A stretch of 32,000 bases of DNA from positions 450,001 through 482,000 of the forward strand of contig NC_016803.1 in the NCBI RefSeq assembly GCF_000189295.2, written 5' to 3'. Origin of the DNA: Pseudodesulfovibrio mercurii. Its GTDB lineage: Bacteria > Desulfobacterota > Desulfovibrionia > Desulfovibrionales > Desulfovibrionaceae. The position numbers and the translations under genes were made by a program. Below the pieces are notes generated by a model that searched no databases, was not told where the DNA came from, and was given only the letters and a program-made list of their open reading frames with translations. Below are positions 1 to 9,361 of this stretch, piece after piece. The first letter of the stretch is position 1. Every line of letters starts with the position of its first letter.

Positions 1-1398
1 GGCACGCGCGGCCTGGGCGATGGAGTCGTAGACCGGCACGCCGAGGACTTCCTGGCCGCCCTTGAACGGGGTCACGCCCGCCACCACGTTGGCCCCGTAC
101 TCCTGCATGAGCCGGGTGTGCAGCTGGCCTTCGCGGCCGGTGATGCCCTGGACCAGGATGGGGGTGTCCGCGTCGATGGGGAAGACGGCCTCGCTTTTCC
201 AGCCCGTGGGCCGGGGGCGCGGGCCCAGGGGGATGTCCGGCGGGGCGGGGTAGTCCACGGGCTCGGTCCGGGCCGGGCGGATGGTGTCCAGGATGGCGAT
301 GGCCGCCTGCATGTCCCCGGCCATGTGCAGGTTGTTCACGTTGAGTTCGCGCAGGATCTCCAGGCCCTGAAGGGCGTCCTTGCCGGACATGCGGACCACG
401 ATGGGTTTTTTCGGGGACTGTCCCCCGAGTGCGCCCTTCATGGCCTGGGCGACCTTTTCGCAGGAGAGTATCCCGCCGAAGAGATTGATGAAGATCGCCT
501 GGACCCGGTGGTCGCCGAAGAGCAGCTCCAGGGCGGTCTCCATGCGTTTCTGGTCGGCCCCGCCGCCCAGGTCCAGGAAGTTGCTGGCGGGCAGACCGGA
601 GAAATTGAGCAGGTCCATGGTGGCCATGGCCAGCCCCGCGCCGTTGACCATCAGCCCCACCCAGCCGGGCAGCCGGACAAAGGAGAGCCCGGCGTCGCGG
701 GCCATGTTTTCCTCGGGGGTGGCGTGCTCGGGCCGGTAGTAGGCCCCGGCCTCGGGGTGCAGGTCCACGAAGTTGTCGTCCATCTCCACCTTGCCGTCCA
801 GGGCCACCAGCCGGTCGTCCGGGGTGACGATCAGGGGGTTGATCTCGGCCAGAAGCAGCCCGTTGTCGAGCATGCAGCGGAACAGGGTGTCCAACAATTC
901 GCTGAAATCCTTGAACAGCTCCCTGGGGAGGCCGAGGTGGAAGAAGGCCGCCCGGACCTGGTGGGGGGCCATGCCGCCGGGCAGGGTGATGGGCTGGACC
1001 AGGAGGTTGTCCTGCCCCAGCTTCTCTATCTCCACGCCGCCCTTGCGGCCCGCGGTGAGCAGGATGCAGCGCCGCTCGCGGGACACGGTCAGGGAGAGGT
1101 AGCATTCCCGGGCGATGGCCTCGCCCGGCTCCACCCGGATGTAGGGGACCGCCTCGCCCCGGATGTCGCGGCCGAAGAGCTTGCGGGCCCGGGCCGGAAA
1201 GTCGGCGGGGTCGTCGATGCGCAGGATGCCTCCGGCCTTGCCCCGTCCGCCGGACAGGACCTGGGCCTTGAGAAACCAGGGCAGGGGATAGTCGGGTGCG
1301 AAGTCGTCTTCCTCACCGGGGAAGACCGCCGCGCCTTGCGGGACGGGGATGCGGGCCTTGTCGAAGAGGAGTTTGCTGTGGTGTTCGTCGAGTAGCAT
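1..1398 (-). CDS. Fused succinate--CoA ligase-like protein: a SucC-type ATP-grasp beta module followed in frame by a SucD-type CoA-binding alpha module. The C-terminus runs off the window.
   Basis: The reverse-complement frame is open from base 1 to the ATG at 1398..1396 (466 codons; every codon checked, no stop). The translation begins [22 protein letters not shown] and contains [15 protein letters not shown] and [24 protein letters not shown] (SucC-like). After a Pro-rich linker comes [35 protein letters not shown] (SucD N-terminal motif). It is absent from the ORF track because it has no stop in the window. The listed + ORF 118..1395 is its same-phase antisense shadow. Confidence 0.8.
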   Translation of the reverse strand, partial: MLLDEHHSKLLFDKARIPVPQGAAVFPGEEDDFAPDYPLPWFLKAQVLSGGRGKAGGILRIDDPADFPARARKLFGRDIRGEAVPYIRVEPGEAIARECYLSLTVSRERRCILLTAGRKGGVEIEKLGQDNLLVQPITLPGGMAPHQVRAAFFHLGLPRELFKDFSELLDTLFRCMLDNGLLLAEINPLIVTPDDRLVALDGKVEMDDNFVDLHPEAGAYYRPEHATPEENMARDAGLSFVRLPGWVGLMVNGAGLAMATMDLLNFSGLPASNFLDLGGGADQKRMETALELLFGDHRVQAIFINLFGGILSCEKVAQAMKGALGGQSPKKPIVVRMSGKDALQGLEILRELNVNNLHMAGDMQAAIAILDTIRPARTEPVDYPAPPDIPLGPRPRPTGWKSEAVFPIDADTPILVQGITGREGQLHTRLMQEYGANVVAGVTPFKGGQEVLGVPVYDSIAQAARA

Positions 1399-1541
1399 GA
1401 ACGGCTCCTGGTCTTGGCTTATGGGTCGCTGGCACTTTAGTGGGTTTGAGCGCCTGAATCAATGTAAATATATTGACCATGAAGTAATTTGGAGGGAAAA
1501 TATGATTTGTGGGTGCAAAAAAGCCCTGAAGCGGAGGAATC

Positions 1542-2318
1542 GTGTCTGATCTCAGTGATTTTGCCGACCAGTTGCAGATGGACGTCATCTCGGACATGGC
1601 CGAGAGCTATTTCGGCAACAGGAAGGAGCTGGACTACGCCCTGGAGGCCTTCGCCGGCATGGTCGAGGAACTGCTGCCCGTGATCGAGCGGATGTTCCGG
1701 GCGGCCGCGACCCTGCGCCTCCTGCTCCTGGACGAGGCCACGGCCGATGCCTTCTGCGCCGAGCTGGGCCTTGATCCCGCGCGCATCCCGCCGGACGAGG
1801 GGGCCGAAATCCTGGTCCACGAGGCCGTGCCCTTCGCCCTGACCGGCAAGGGACGGTACGCGGTCTGCGTGGAGACGGCCTACCGGGGGCTCTACGACGC
1901 CATCCACGAATATCTCAACGGCCGGTACTACAACGATCCCAATCGGCCGGGCCGCAAGCGCGTGACCATGCACTACAAGCGGCTCGAGGAGATCGCCGGG
2001 ATCATCAACGAGAAGATCCACAAGGCCAACAACGACCGGTCCATGTCGTCCATGCTGCGCGAGGTCAAGAGCATGGACCCCGTGCAGATGGAGCGCGAGG
2101 AGATTCTCGGGGACATGGTCTACGGGGACAAGGGCGACGGACGCGACAACGACATGTGCTTCGTGCCCATCGATCTCGACGGGTACCGTTTCCCCGAAGT
2201 GGAGGAGCTGCCCCCCGTGAACGAGGTCGGGAGCGCCCTGAAGCGGTTCTGCGCACGCGTCTACGCCGAACGCAAGGACGAGGTCCGCGCGGCCATGGAC
2301 CGGTTCCGGGGGCGGTGA
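1542..2318 (+). CDS. Hypothetical cytoplasmic protein, 258 aa, no recognisable motif
   Basis: GTG start at 1542 preceded by GGAGGA (about 1532-1537). GC-rich third positions and balanced protein-like composition (MSDLSDFADQLQMDVISDMAESYFGNRKELDYALEAF...). No TM segment, signal peptide or catalytic motif that I recognise. Confidence 0.65.
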   Translation: MSDLSDFADQLQMDVISDMAESYFGNRKELDYALEAFAGMVEELLPVIERMFRAAATLRLLLLDEATADAFCAELGLDPARIPPDEGAEILVHEAVPFALTGKGRYAVCVETAYRGLYDAIHEYLNGRYYNDPNRPGRKRVTMHYKRLEEIAGIINEKIHKANNDRSMSSMLREVKSMDPVQMEREEILGDMVYGDKGDGRDNDMCFVPIDLDGYRFPEVEELPPVNEVGSALKRFCARVYAERKDEVRAAMDRFRGR

Positions 2319-2326
2319 GGCCGCGC

Positions 2327-3235
2327 CTATGAGGCGTCGATCCGGGTCAGGATCGTCTCCAGGGTCGCCGGGACCTGGGCCTCGGTGACCTGACAGGTGC
2401 CCACGGCCCGGTGCCCGCCGCCGCCCAGGGCGAGCATCAGCGCGCCCACGTCCACCGGGCTGGTGCGGTTGAGGATGGAGTGGCCCACGGTGACGACCAC
2501 GTTCTGCTTCTTGAATCCCCAGATGATCCGGACGCTGATGTTGCACTCCGGGAACAGGCTGTAGACCATGAACCGGTTGCCGCAGTAGATGGGCTCCTGG
2601 CGGCGCAGGTCCAGGACCACCGCGTCCCCGTGCACCGTGGCGTTGTCCCTGAGCATGTCGATGAACGGCTCGCGGTCCTTGAGATACTTGTCCGCCCGTT
2701 CCCGGACGTCGCCGATGGCCAGGATCTCCTCGACCGACTTGGTCCGGCAGTACTCGATCATGTCGAGCATGAGCTGGTAGTTGCTGATGCGGTAGTCCCG
2801 GTAGCGGCCGAGCCCGGTCCGGGGGTCCATGAGAAAGCCGAGCAGGACCCAGGCTTCGGGATTCGTGATCTCGTCGGTGGTCAGGTCCGCCGAATCCACC
2901 TTGTCCACGGCCTTGATGAACTCACCGTAGGCGGCCGGGAATTTGTCCGCGCCGTAGTATTCGTAGACGACCCGCGCGCAGCTCGGCAGGGGGATGCTCG
3001 CGCCCTCGAACTCGATCTCCCCGAGGCGGTCCCGCTCGCTGGTGTGGTGATCGAACCACAGCCCGCATCCCTCGACAAAGGGCACGTTGGCCAGGATGTC
3101 GTTTTCGGTCACCTCGACCCGGCCGTCCTGCAAATCCTTGGGGTGGGCGAACAGGTAGTCGTCAATCATGTTCAGCTGTTTGAGCAGGGTGGCGCAGGCC
3201 AGGCCGTCGAAGTCGGATCGGGTCACGAGTCGCAT
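2327..3235 (-). CDS. DHH/DHHA1-family phosphoesterase (NrnA/exopolyphosphatase-related)
   Basis: 302 aa with SDFDGLA (DxD), WFDHHTS (DHH) and LGGGGHRAVG (DHHA1 GGGH) motifs. GGAGAA RBS upstream of the ATG at 3235. Confidence 0.85.
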   Translation of the reverse strand: MRLVTRSDFDGLACATLLKQLNMIDDYLFAHPKDLQDGRVEVTENDILANVPFVEGCGLWFDHHTSERDRLGEIEFEGASIPLPSCARVVYEYYGADKFPAAYGEFIKAVDKVDSADLTTDEITNPEAWVLLGFLMDPRTGLGRYRDYRISNYQLMLDMIEYCRTKSVEEILAIGDVRERADKYLKDREPFIDMLRDNATVHGDAVVLDLRRQEPIYCGNRFMVYSLFPECNISVRIIWGFKKQNVVVTVGHSILNRTSPVDVGALMLALGGGGHRAVGTCQVTEAQVPATLETILTRIDAS

Positions 3236-3303
3236 GCTGATTCTCCACGGATTGCGGGTGGTTGCCGGTTATCTTCGCCTATCTTGTGCAGGATGCCGCA
3301 TTA

Positions 3304-4449
3304 TTAGTCGGTTGTGGAATATTTGTCAAAACCGTCGCCCGCAGGCGGGCCGCCGCGCAGGACCTGAGCACGGAGCATGCGCAGCTTCTCGCCGGACTCG
3401 GCCCCGTGGTTGCGGTCCTCGGGCGCGAGCCGGACGGGCAGGATGGCCGCCAGCTCCTTTCGGGCCCGGTCGCCGTATTGCTCGCCGTGGTCGGCCCGGA
3501 CGAGTTCGAACAGGGGGGTCAGGGTCCCGGACAGGTGCAGGTCCATGAGCAGGTCCACGCGGGTGCCGGGCCGCAGCTGGCCGTAGCGGGCCGCGGTCAT
3601 GTGCCAGCGGGCCGCCTTCATGCCCGCGTTCTTGTATTCGTTGGGCATGCGCAGGCGCAGGGCGGCGCCTTCGGCCAGGGGCACGCCCGCCAGGTCGTGG
3701 CCGTAGTGGCGGGGCAGCCGTTCCCGGGGGGTCAGGATCTTGCCGAGGTCGTGGGTCAGGCCCATCCAGACGGCCACCGGGTCCCCGGCCAGGTCGTCCA
3801 TGACCCGGCAGGTGTGTGCCAGCACGTCGCTGTGGTGGTAGGGCAGGGGACCCGCCGGGATGGTCCGCCCCTTCTCGAACTCGGGGAACCACGGCAGCAG
3901 GCAGTCCGCCTCGGCCAGGAGGCGCAGGAAGTTGCCGGGCCGGGGGCTCTCCAGGGCCTTGCGCAGCTCCGGGACCACGCGGTCGGCGGACACGGCCGCA
4001 AGTCCTCCGCAGCGGCCCACCGCGCGCATGGCCTCGATCAGCTCCTGGTGTGCCGTGAAGTCCGGCAGCTGGGCCGAGAACCGGGCCGCGCGCAGGACCC
4101 GGAGCGGGTCGTCGGCCAGGGAGTGGCTTGAGGCCGGACGCAGGATGCGCGCCTCGAGGTCGTCGAACCCCTGGGGATGGAAGATGACTTCGCCGTGTTC
4201 ATCGAGCAGTTGCGCATTGACAGTCAGGTCTCTGGCTTTTAACTCTTCATCCAGGGAGTCCGCCCTGGGGAAGGAGAACTCGATGTTGTCCACCAGGAAG
4301 ACCGGGAAGGTCCGGCCCACCTCGCGGGCCTGGGGAAAGGCCCGGCGGAATTCCTCGCGGGTGGCGTCCATGACCAGGTAGTCCCGGTCGTGGATGGGCC
4401 TGCCGAGCAGGAGATCGCGGACCGCGCCGCCAGCCAGATACACTTTCAT
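3304..4449 (-). CDS. cca: CCA-adding tRNA nucleotidyltransferase with HD domain
   Basis: MKVYLAGGAVRDLLLGRPIHDRDYLV (GGxVRDxLLG..DxD pol-beta motif), RLRAARF-type segment (LRVLRAARFSAQL), and HD region YHHSDVLAHT...GLTHDLGK. Start chosen at the ATG at 4449 with GAGGAGCT 2 nt upstream. The 581-aa ORF in the track (to 5049) is an unsupported N-terminal extension. Confidence 0.85.
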   Translation of the reverse strand: MKVYLAGGAVRDLLLGRPIHDRDYLVMDATREEFRRAFPQAREVGRTFPVFLVDNIEFSFPRADSLDEELKARDLTVNAQLLDEHGEVIFHPQGFDDLEARILRPASSHSLADDPLRVLRAARFSAQLPDFTAHQELIEAMRAVGRCGGLAAVSADRVVPELRKALESPRPGNFLRLLAEADCLLPWFPEFEKGRTIPAGPLPYHHSDVLAHTCRVMDDLAGDPVAVWMGLTHDLGKILTPRERLPRHYGHDLAGVPLAEGAALRLRMPNEYKNAGMKAARWHMTAARYGQLRPGTRVDLLMDLHLSGTLTPLFELVRADHGEQYGDRARKELAAILPVRLAPEDRNHGAESGEKLRMLRAQVLRGGPPAGDGFDKYSTTD

Positions 4450-4477
4450 TAGCTCCTCGTGTAACACAAGGTAACCC

Positions 4478-5446
4478 ATGCTTCCACAAGGAATTTTTCT
4501 CATCAAACCGACGGCCGGCGACGGCACGGCGGTGCACCCCCTCTGGCAGGCCGACCTGAGGGCCTTCGGGCCGTGGGTTCCGGCGGTCCCGGAAGGGGCG
4601 GATGGGGACCACGTGGCGGACCCGGACGGGACCGAGCCCGGCGCGGTCCCGGAGGACTGGCTGCGGGGCTCCGGCCTTGCGGACGGGACCGTGGTCGTGG
4701 CCGAGGAATGCGCGACGACCATGGAGCTGGCCGCCCGGCTTGCGGCCGACGAACTCCTCGGACCGTGGGGCGCGGTGGTCTGCGCCCGGCAGAGCCGGGG
4801 ACGCGGGCAGCTGCGCCGTCCCTGGGCGTCCCTGGCCGGGAACATGCACGCCTCCATCGTGCTTCCGCCCACGCCGGAAAAGGGGCCGTGGGCCGAGGCC
4901 ATGTCCGACCTCCTACCCCTGGTCGTCGGGCACGTGGTCAGCGAGGTCCTGGCCGGGCTCGGAGCCCAGGTCCGGATCAAGTGGCCCAATGACATTCTCC
5001 AGGATGGACGCAAGGTTGGCGGAATGTTGATCGAGGAGCGAAACGGCACGTCCGTCGTCGGCGTGGGGCTGAATCTCGCTGACTGTCCGAAGGACGCGCA
5101 AATGCGCGAAGATCATTCGGTCCCGGCCGCGAAAATCGGACTGCCGTTCTTTTCGGGCGGCCCCGTGGCCCTCCTGGGCCAACTTGTAAACCGTGGGAAA
5201 AGCGTGTATGCAGTAATGCTCGACGAGATTCCACCCCCTCGATTCATCTCAATGTTCGAGAGCAAACTCGCCTGGTTCGGACGAACGATCTTGGTCAAGG
5301 AAGGAGACGAGAGCTCCTATGAGGCCCTCTTGGCGGGTCTGTCCTTGAATGGTGGACTGGTTTTGCGTCGTGGCGGAGTGGAAACGGTGCTCTACTCGGG
5401 TTCGATATTCCCTCTCCAGGTTCCGCATGGGGCGGGACGGGCATAA
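4478..5446 (+). CDS. birA: Biotin--[acetyl-CoA-carboxylase] ligase, no obvious N-terminal HTH
   Basis: SRGRGQLRRPWAS (GRGRxGRxW-type biotinyl-AMP loop) and IKWPNDIL motifs. It lies directly upstream of a biotin-dependent carboxylase. The first 70 or so aa are Pro/Gly/Asp-rich and low-complexity, so the true start is uncertain. Confidence 0.8.
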   Translation: MLPQGIFLIKPTAGDGTAVHPLWQADLRAFGPWVPAVPEGADGDHVADPDGTEPGAVPEDWLRGSGLADGTVVVAEECATTMELAARLAADELLGPWGAVVCARQSRGRGQLRRPWASLAGNMHASIVLPPTPEKGPWAEAMSDLLPLVVGHVVSEVLAGLGAQVRIKWPNDILQDGRKVGGMLIEERNGTSVVGVGLNLADCPKDAQMREDHSVPAAKIGLPFFSGGPVALLGQLVNRGKSVYAVMLDEIPPPRFISMFESKLAWFGRTILVKEGDESSYEALLAGLSLNGGLVLRRGGVETVLYSGSIFPLQVPHGAGRA

Positions 5447-5489
5447 GGGTATTTTCAGTCATTTCTGTCTTAGGAGACCAGTGAGATTC

Positions 5490-8400
5490 ATGCAGCCGAA
5501 GTCCTTTGAACAGGTACTTGAAGAGGTCAGGGGGAAGCGGATTCTGGTGGCCAACCGGGGTATCCCGGCCAGGCGCATCTGCCGTTCCATCACCGAAATG
5601 TTCAACGCCAAGGCGATAATGACCGCCACGGACGTGGATAAAACCTCCCCGGCATCCTCCGGCGCCAACGAACTGCTGATGCTCGGCGCGGACCCCCGCG
5701 CGTACCTCGACCAGGAACGGATCATCCGCGAGGCCAAGGCCAACAACGTGGTCGCCATCCATCCCGGCTGGGGCTTCTGTTCCGAGGACGACACCTTCCC
5801 GGCCCGGTGCGCCAGGGAGGGGATCATCTTCATCGGTCCCGAGCAGGAACCCATGCGCATCCTCGGCAACAAGGTGGCCGTGCGCAAGCTGGCCATCGAA
5901 CAGGGCGTGCCCGTGGTGCCTGGCTCCGAAGGGGCCGTGTCCATCCCCGAGGCGCGCGAGATCGCCAAGGAGATCGGCTTCCCGGTGATGCTCAAGGCCG
6001 AGGGCGGCGGCGGCGGACGCGGCATCTACGAGGTCTACCAGGAAGAGGACCTGGAGAACGCCTTCTCCAAGGCCTCGGCCCTGGCCCAGGCCTCCTTCGG
6101 CAACCCGCGCCTGTACGTGGAAAAGCTGCTGACCTCGGTGCGCCACATCGAGATCCAGGTCATCGCCGACAAGTACGGCAACGTCTTCTGCCTGGACGAG
6201 CGCGACTGCACGGTCCAGCGCAACCACCAGAAGCTCATCGAGATCACCCCGTCCCCGTGGCCCAGGTTCACCCCCGAACTGCGCGAGCGGCTCAAGGGCT
6301 ATGCCCGGAAGCTGGTCTCGGCCGTGGGCTACTACTCCCTGGCCACCGTGGAATTCCTGGTGGACGCCGAGGGCGTGCCGTACCTCATCGAGGTCAACAC
6401 CCGGCTCCAGGTGGAGCACGGCATCACCGAGTGCCGCTACGGCATCGACCTGGTTGAGGAGCAGATCGCCATCGCCTTCGGGGCCAAGCTGCGCCTGAAC
6501 GAGGAGAACACCAAGCCGTTCCAGTGGGCCATGCAGTGCCGCATCAACTGCGAGGACCCGCAGAAGCATTTCGAACCCAACTCCGGGCGCATCACCCGGT
6601 ACGTCTCGCCCGGCGGGCAGGGCATCCGCATCGACTCCTGCGTGGGCGACGGCTACCGCTTCCCGTCCAACTACGACTCGGCGGCCGCGCTGCTCATCGC
6701 CTACGGCAACTCCTGGAACAAGGTCGTGGCCCTGATGAACCGCGCCCTGCGCGAGTACATGATCGGCGGGGTCAAGACGACCATTCCCTTCCATCTCAAG
6801 ATCATCGGCCACAAGAAGTTCGTCGAGGCGGATTACGACACCAATTTCGTGCGCCAGAACTACGCCGAACTCATGGACTATTCCGACCGCGAGCCGGATT
6901 CCCTGCGCCTGACCCGGCTGGTGGCCGAGATTTCGGCCCAGGGCTACAACCGCTACGTGCAGCTCGGCGAATACCGGGGCCGCGAGGACAAGCGCGTGGG
7001 CCGGTTCCACCTGGCCGAGCCGCCCGAGGTGTCCTCCTGGTTCGAGCCGCGCTTCTCGCGCAAGATGGACCGGGACGCCATCCTGGACACCCTGCGCACG
7101 GACCGCGAGGCCGGAATCATCCACATGACGGACACCACGACCCGCGACATCACCCAGTCCAACAGCGGCAACCGGTTCCGTCTGGCCGAGGACCGCATCA
7201 TTGGTCCCTCGCTCGACAAGTGCGGCTTCTTCTCCCTGGAGAACGGCGGCGGGGCGCATTTCCACGTGGCCATGCTGGCGAACATGACCTATCCGTTCAC
7301 CGAGGCGGCCGAGTGGAACAAGTTCGCGCCCAACACCCTCAAGCAGATCCTCATCCGGTCCACCAACATCCTGGGCTACAAGCCGCAGCCCAAGAACGTC
7401 ATGCGGCTGACCGGGGAGATGATCAACGAGCACTACGAGGTCATCCGCTGTTTCGACTTCCTCAACCACGTCGATAACATGCGGCCGTTCGCCGAGGTGG
7501 CCATGACCTCGAAGCGGAACATCTTCGAGCCCGCCATCTCCCTGTCCTGGGCCAAGGGCTTCACGGTGGAGCGCTACATGACCGTGACCGACGAGATCAT
7601 CCGCATGTGCTCCGAGGCGGCGGGCATCAGCCGCAAGCAGACCGAGAAGACCATCATCCTCGGCCTCAAGGACATGGGCGGCGTGTGTCCGCCCCGGTTC
7701 ATGCGCGAGCTGATCTCGGCCATCACCGAAAAATATCCCGAGCTGGTCATCCACAGCCACCGGCACTACACCGACGGGCTGTTCGTCCCGACCATGGGCG
7801 CGGCCGCCCAGGCCGGCGCGCACATCGTGGACGTGGCCATCGGCGCGTCCGTGCGCTGGTACGGCCAGGGCGAGGTCCTGTCCACGGCGGCCTACATCGA
7901 GGACGAACTGGGCCTCCAGACCCACCTCGACAAGGACATGATCCGGGCGACCAACTTCCGGCTCAAGCAGATCATGCCCTACTACGACCGCTACACCGCT
8001 CCGTACTTCCAGGGCATCGACCACGACGTGGTCCGCCACGGTATGCCGGGCGGGGCGACCTCCTCCTCCCAGGAGGGCGCGCTCAAGCAGGGCTACATCA
8101 AGCTCCTGCCGTACATGCTCAAGTTCCTGGAGGGGACCCGCAAGGTGGTCCGCTACCACGACGTCACGCCGGGCTCGCAGATCACCTGGAACACCGCCTT
8201 CCTGGCCGTGACCGGGGCCTACAAGCGCGGCGGCAAGCGCGAAGTGCGCCGCATGCTCAACATCCTGGACATCGTCACCCTGTGCGGCGAGGGGGAGCTG
8301 ACCGATCTCGAGCGCGAGGCGCGTCTCGACCTGTACCGCGACTCCAACGACGCCTTCCGCAACCTGCTCCTCGGCAAGTTCGGCAAGCTGCCCCTGGGCT

Positions 8401-9191
8401 TCCCGGCCGACTGGGTCTACCAGTCCGCCTTCGGCTCCGGCTGGGAGACGGCCATCAAGGAGCGCACCGAGGCCTCGCCCCTGACCACCCTCAAGGACGT
8501 GGACCTGGTGGCCGAGAAGAAGGCGTTGCAGTCCCGGCTGCACCGCCAGCCGTCCGAGGAAGAGTTCATCATGTATCTCAACCATCCGGGCGACGCCATC
8601 AAGACCATCGACTTCTGCGAGAAGTTCGGCAACATCAACAACCTGCCCGTGGACGTCTGGTTCGAAGGGCTGGAGAAGGGTGAGATCCTGGATTTCCAGG
8701 GCAACTGCAAGAAGCCGCACATCATGCGCATCCTGGACATCTCCGAGCCCGACGAGAACGGCATGGCCGTGGTCCGCTACGTGCTCGACTCCGAGATCAT
8801 GAGCCACCAGGTCAAGGTGGCCGAGGCCGAGGCCGGGGCCAAGGACGCCACCGAGCTGGCCGATCCGTCGAACATCTTCCACGTGGGCTCGCCGAGCAAC
8901 GGCGACCTGTGGGTCACCCACGTCCGCCCCGGCGACCGCGTCAAGGCGGGCGAGGAGCTGTTCAACATCTCCATCATGAAGCAGGAGAAGGCGGTCCTCG
9001 CCCCGGTGAGCGGCATGGTCCGCAGGGTCATCAAGTCCGCCAACTACACCGAGGACAAGAAGATGATCCCGGTGGTGGAAGGGGAGCTGCTCGTGGAGCT
9101 CGGACCAGAGGCGGGCGTCTGTCCCACCTGCAAGACGGTCGTTCCCTCCGAGGATTGCAACTTCTGCCCGAACTGCGGCCAGAAATTGTAA
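5490..9191 (+). CDS. pyc: Pyruvate carboxylase, single-chain (biotin carboxylase + carboxyltransferase + biotinyl domain) with an extra C-terminal Cys4 zinc-ribbon tail
   Basis: BC domain: RILVANRGIPARRI, FPVMLKAEGGGGGRGI, EVNTRLQVEHGITE. CT domain: IHMTDTTTRDITQSNSGNRF (DTTxRDxxQS). Biotinyl motif: NISIMKQEKAVLAPVSG. The tail is CPTCKTVVPSEDCNFCPNCGQKL. Start set at the ATG at 5490 (AGGAG at 5472-5476). The track's 5349 start adds 47 implausible residues. Confidence 0.9.
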   Translation: MQPKSFEQVLEEVRGKRILVANRGIPARRICRSITEMFNAKAIMTATDVDKTSPASSGANELLMLGADPRAYLDQERIIREAKANNVVAIHPGWGFCSEDDTFPARCAREGIIFIGPEQEPMRILGNKVAVRKLAIEQGVPVVPGSEGAVSIPEAREIAKEIGFPVMLKAEGGGGGRGIYEVYQEEDLENAFSKASALAQASFGNPRLYVEKLLTSVRHIEIQVIADKYGNVFCLDERDCTVQRNHQKLIEITPSPWPRFTPELRERLKGYARKLVSAVGYYSLATVEFLVDAEGVPYLIEVNTRLQVEHGITECRYGIDLVEEQIAIAFGAKLRLNEENTKPFQWAMQCRINCEDPQKHFEPNSGRITRYVSPGGQGIRIDSCVGDGYRFPSNYDSAAALLIAYGNSWNKVVALMNRALREYMIGGVKTTIPFHLKIIGHKKFVEADYDTNFVRQNYAELMDYSDREPDSLRLTRLVAEISAQGYNRYVQLGEYRGREDKRVGRFHLAEPPEVSSWFEPRFSRKMDRDAILDTLRTDREAGIIHMTDTTTRDITQSNSGNRFRLAEDRIIGPSLDKCGFFSLENGGGAHFHVAMLANMTYPFTEAAEWNKFAPNTLKQILIRSTNILGYKPQPKNVMRLTGEMINEHYEVIRCFDFLNHVDNMRPFAEVAMTSKRNIFEPAISLSWAKGFTVERYMTVTDEIIRMCSEAAGISRKQTEKTIILGLKDMGGVCPPRFMRELISAITEKYPELVIHSHRHYTDGLFVPTMGAAAQAGAHIVDVAIGASVRWYGQGEVLSTAAYIEDELGLQTHLDKDMIRATNFRLKQIMPYYDRYTAPYFQGIDHDVVRHGMPGGATSSSQEGALKQGYIKLLPYMLKFLEGTRKVVRYHDVTPGSQITWNTAFLAVTGAYKRGGKREVRRMLNILDIVTLCGEGELTDLEREARLDLYRDSNDAFRNLLLGKFGKLPLGFPADWVYQSAFGSGWETAIKERTEASPLTTLKDVDLVAEKKALQSRLHRQPSEEEFIMYLNHPGDAIKTIDFCEKFGNINNLPVDVWFEGLEKGEILDFQGNCKKPHIMRILDISEPDENGMAVVRYVLDSEIMSHQVKVAEAEAGAKDATELADPSNIFHVGSPSNGDLWVTHVRPGDRVKAGEELFNISIMKQEKAVLAPVSGMVRRVIKSANYTEDKKMIPVVEGELLVELGPEAGVCPTCKTVVPSEDCNFCPNCGQKL

Positions 9192-9267
9192 AAAAATAAT
9201 GCGGCCTGCAAAATTGGTCTGATTTGATGTCCCGTGGCCGTGGCCCGGGAAACCCCCGAGAAGAATC

Positions 9268-9307
9268 GGGCCGACGCGCTGTAACAGCGCGTCGGCCCTT
9301 GTTTTTT
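9268..9307 (+). terminator. Rho-independent terminator after pyc
   Basis: Perfect 14-bp stem, GGGCCGACGCGCTG / CAGCGCGTCGGCCC, with a 3-nt loop, followed by TTGTTTTTT. Confidence 0.85.
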
Positions 9308-9361
9308 GCGCTGCCTAGAATTAAGGAAGAGGAGATTCCGGACGGTTTCTGGAGTTTTTTA

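Noticed and set aside
118-1395. 425-aa + strand ORF in the track
   Set aside because: It is the same-phase antisense shadow of the minus-strand SucC/SucD-like gene. Its translation is Gly/Ala/Val/Asp/Gln low-complexity with no motif, whereas the minus frame gives clear family motifs.
1430-1445. Sigma-54-like TGGCAC-N5-TGGGT upstream of the 1542 gene
   Set aside because: The -24 element is perfect, but the -12 element lacks the conserved GC (TGGG instead of TTGC). No enhancer-binding-protein gene is nearby, so the match is too weak to call.
4450-5049. N-terminal 200-aa extension of the cca ORF (track ORF 3304..5049, 581 aa)
   Set aside because: The extension is Ser/Pro/Arg/Ala-rich nonsense that overlaps birA on the other strand. 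The conserved GGAVRD motif starts 6 residues after the internal ATG at 4449, which has a strong RBS.
5349-5489. Upstream extension of pyc (and similarly 9476..9553 for ppsA)
   Set aside because: The extensions overlap the birA 3' end or lack an RBS. The internal ATGs at 5490 and 9554 follow AGGAG-type RBSs and begin where family conservation begins.
5295-8921. 1208-aa minus-strand ORF antisense to pyc
   Set aside because: High-GC shadow ORF. The translation is repetitive (G/A/V/L/D/H/R-rich) and contains no motif. The + frame encodes an unmistakable pyruvate carboxylase.
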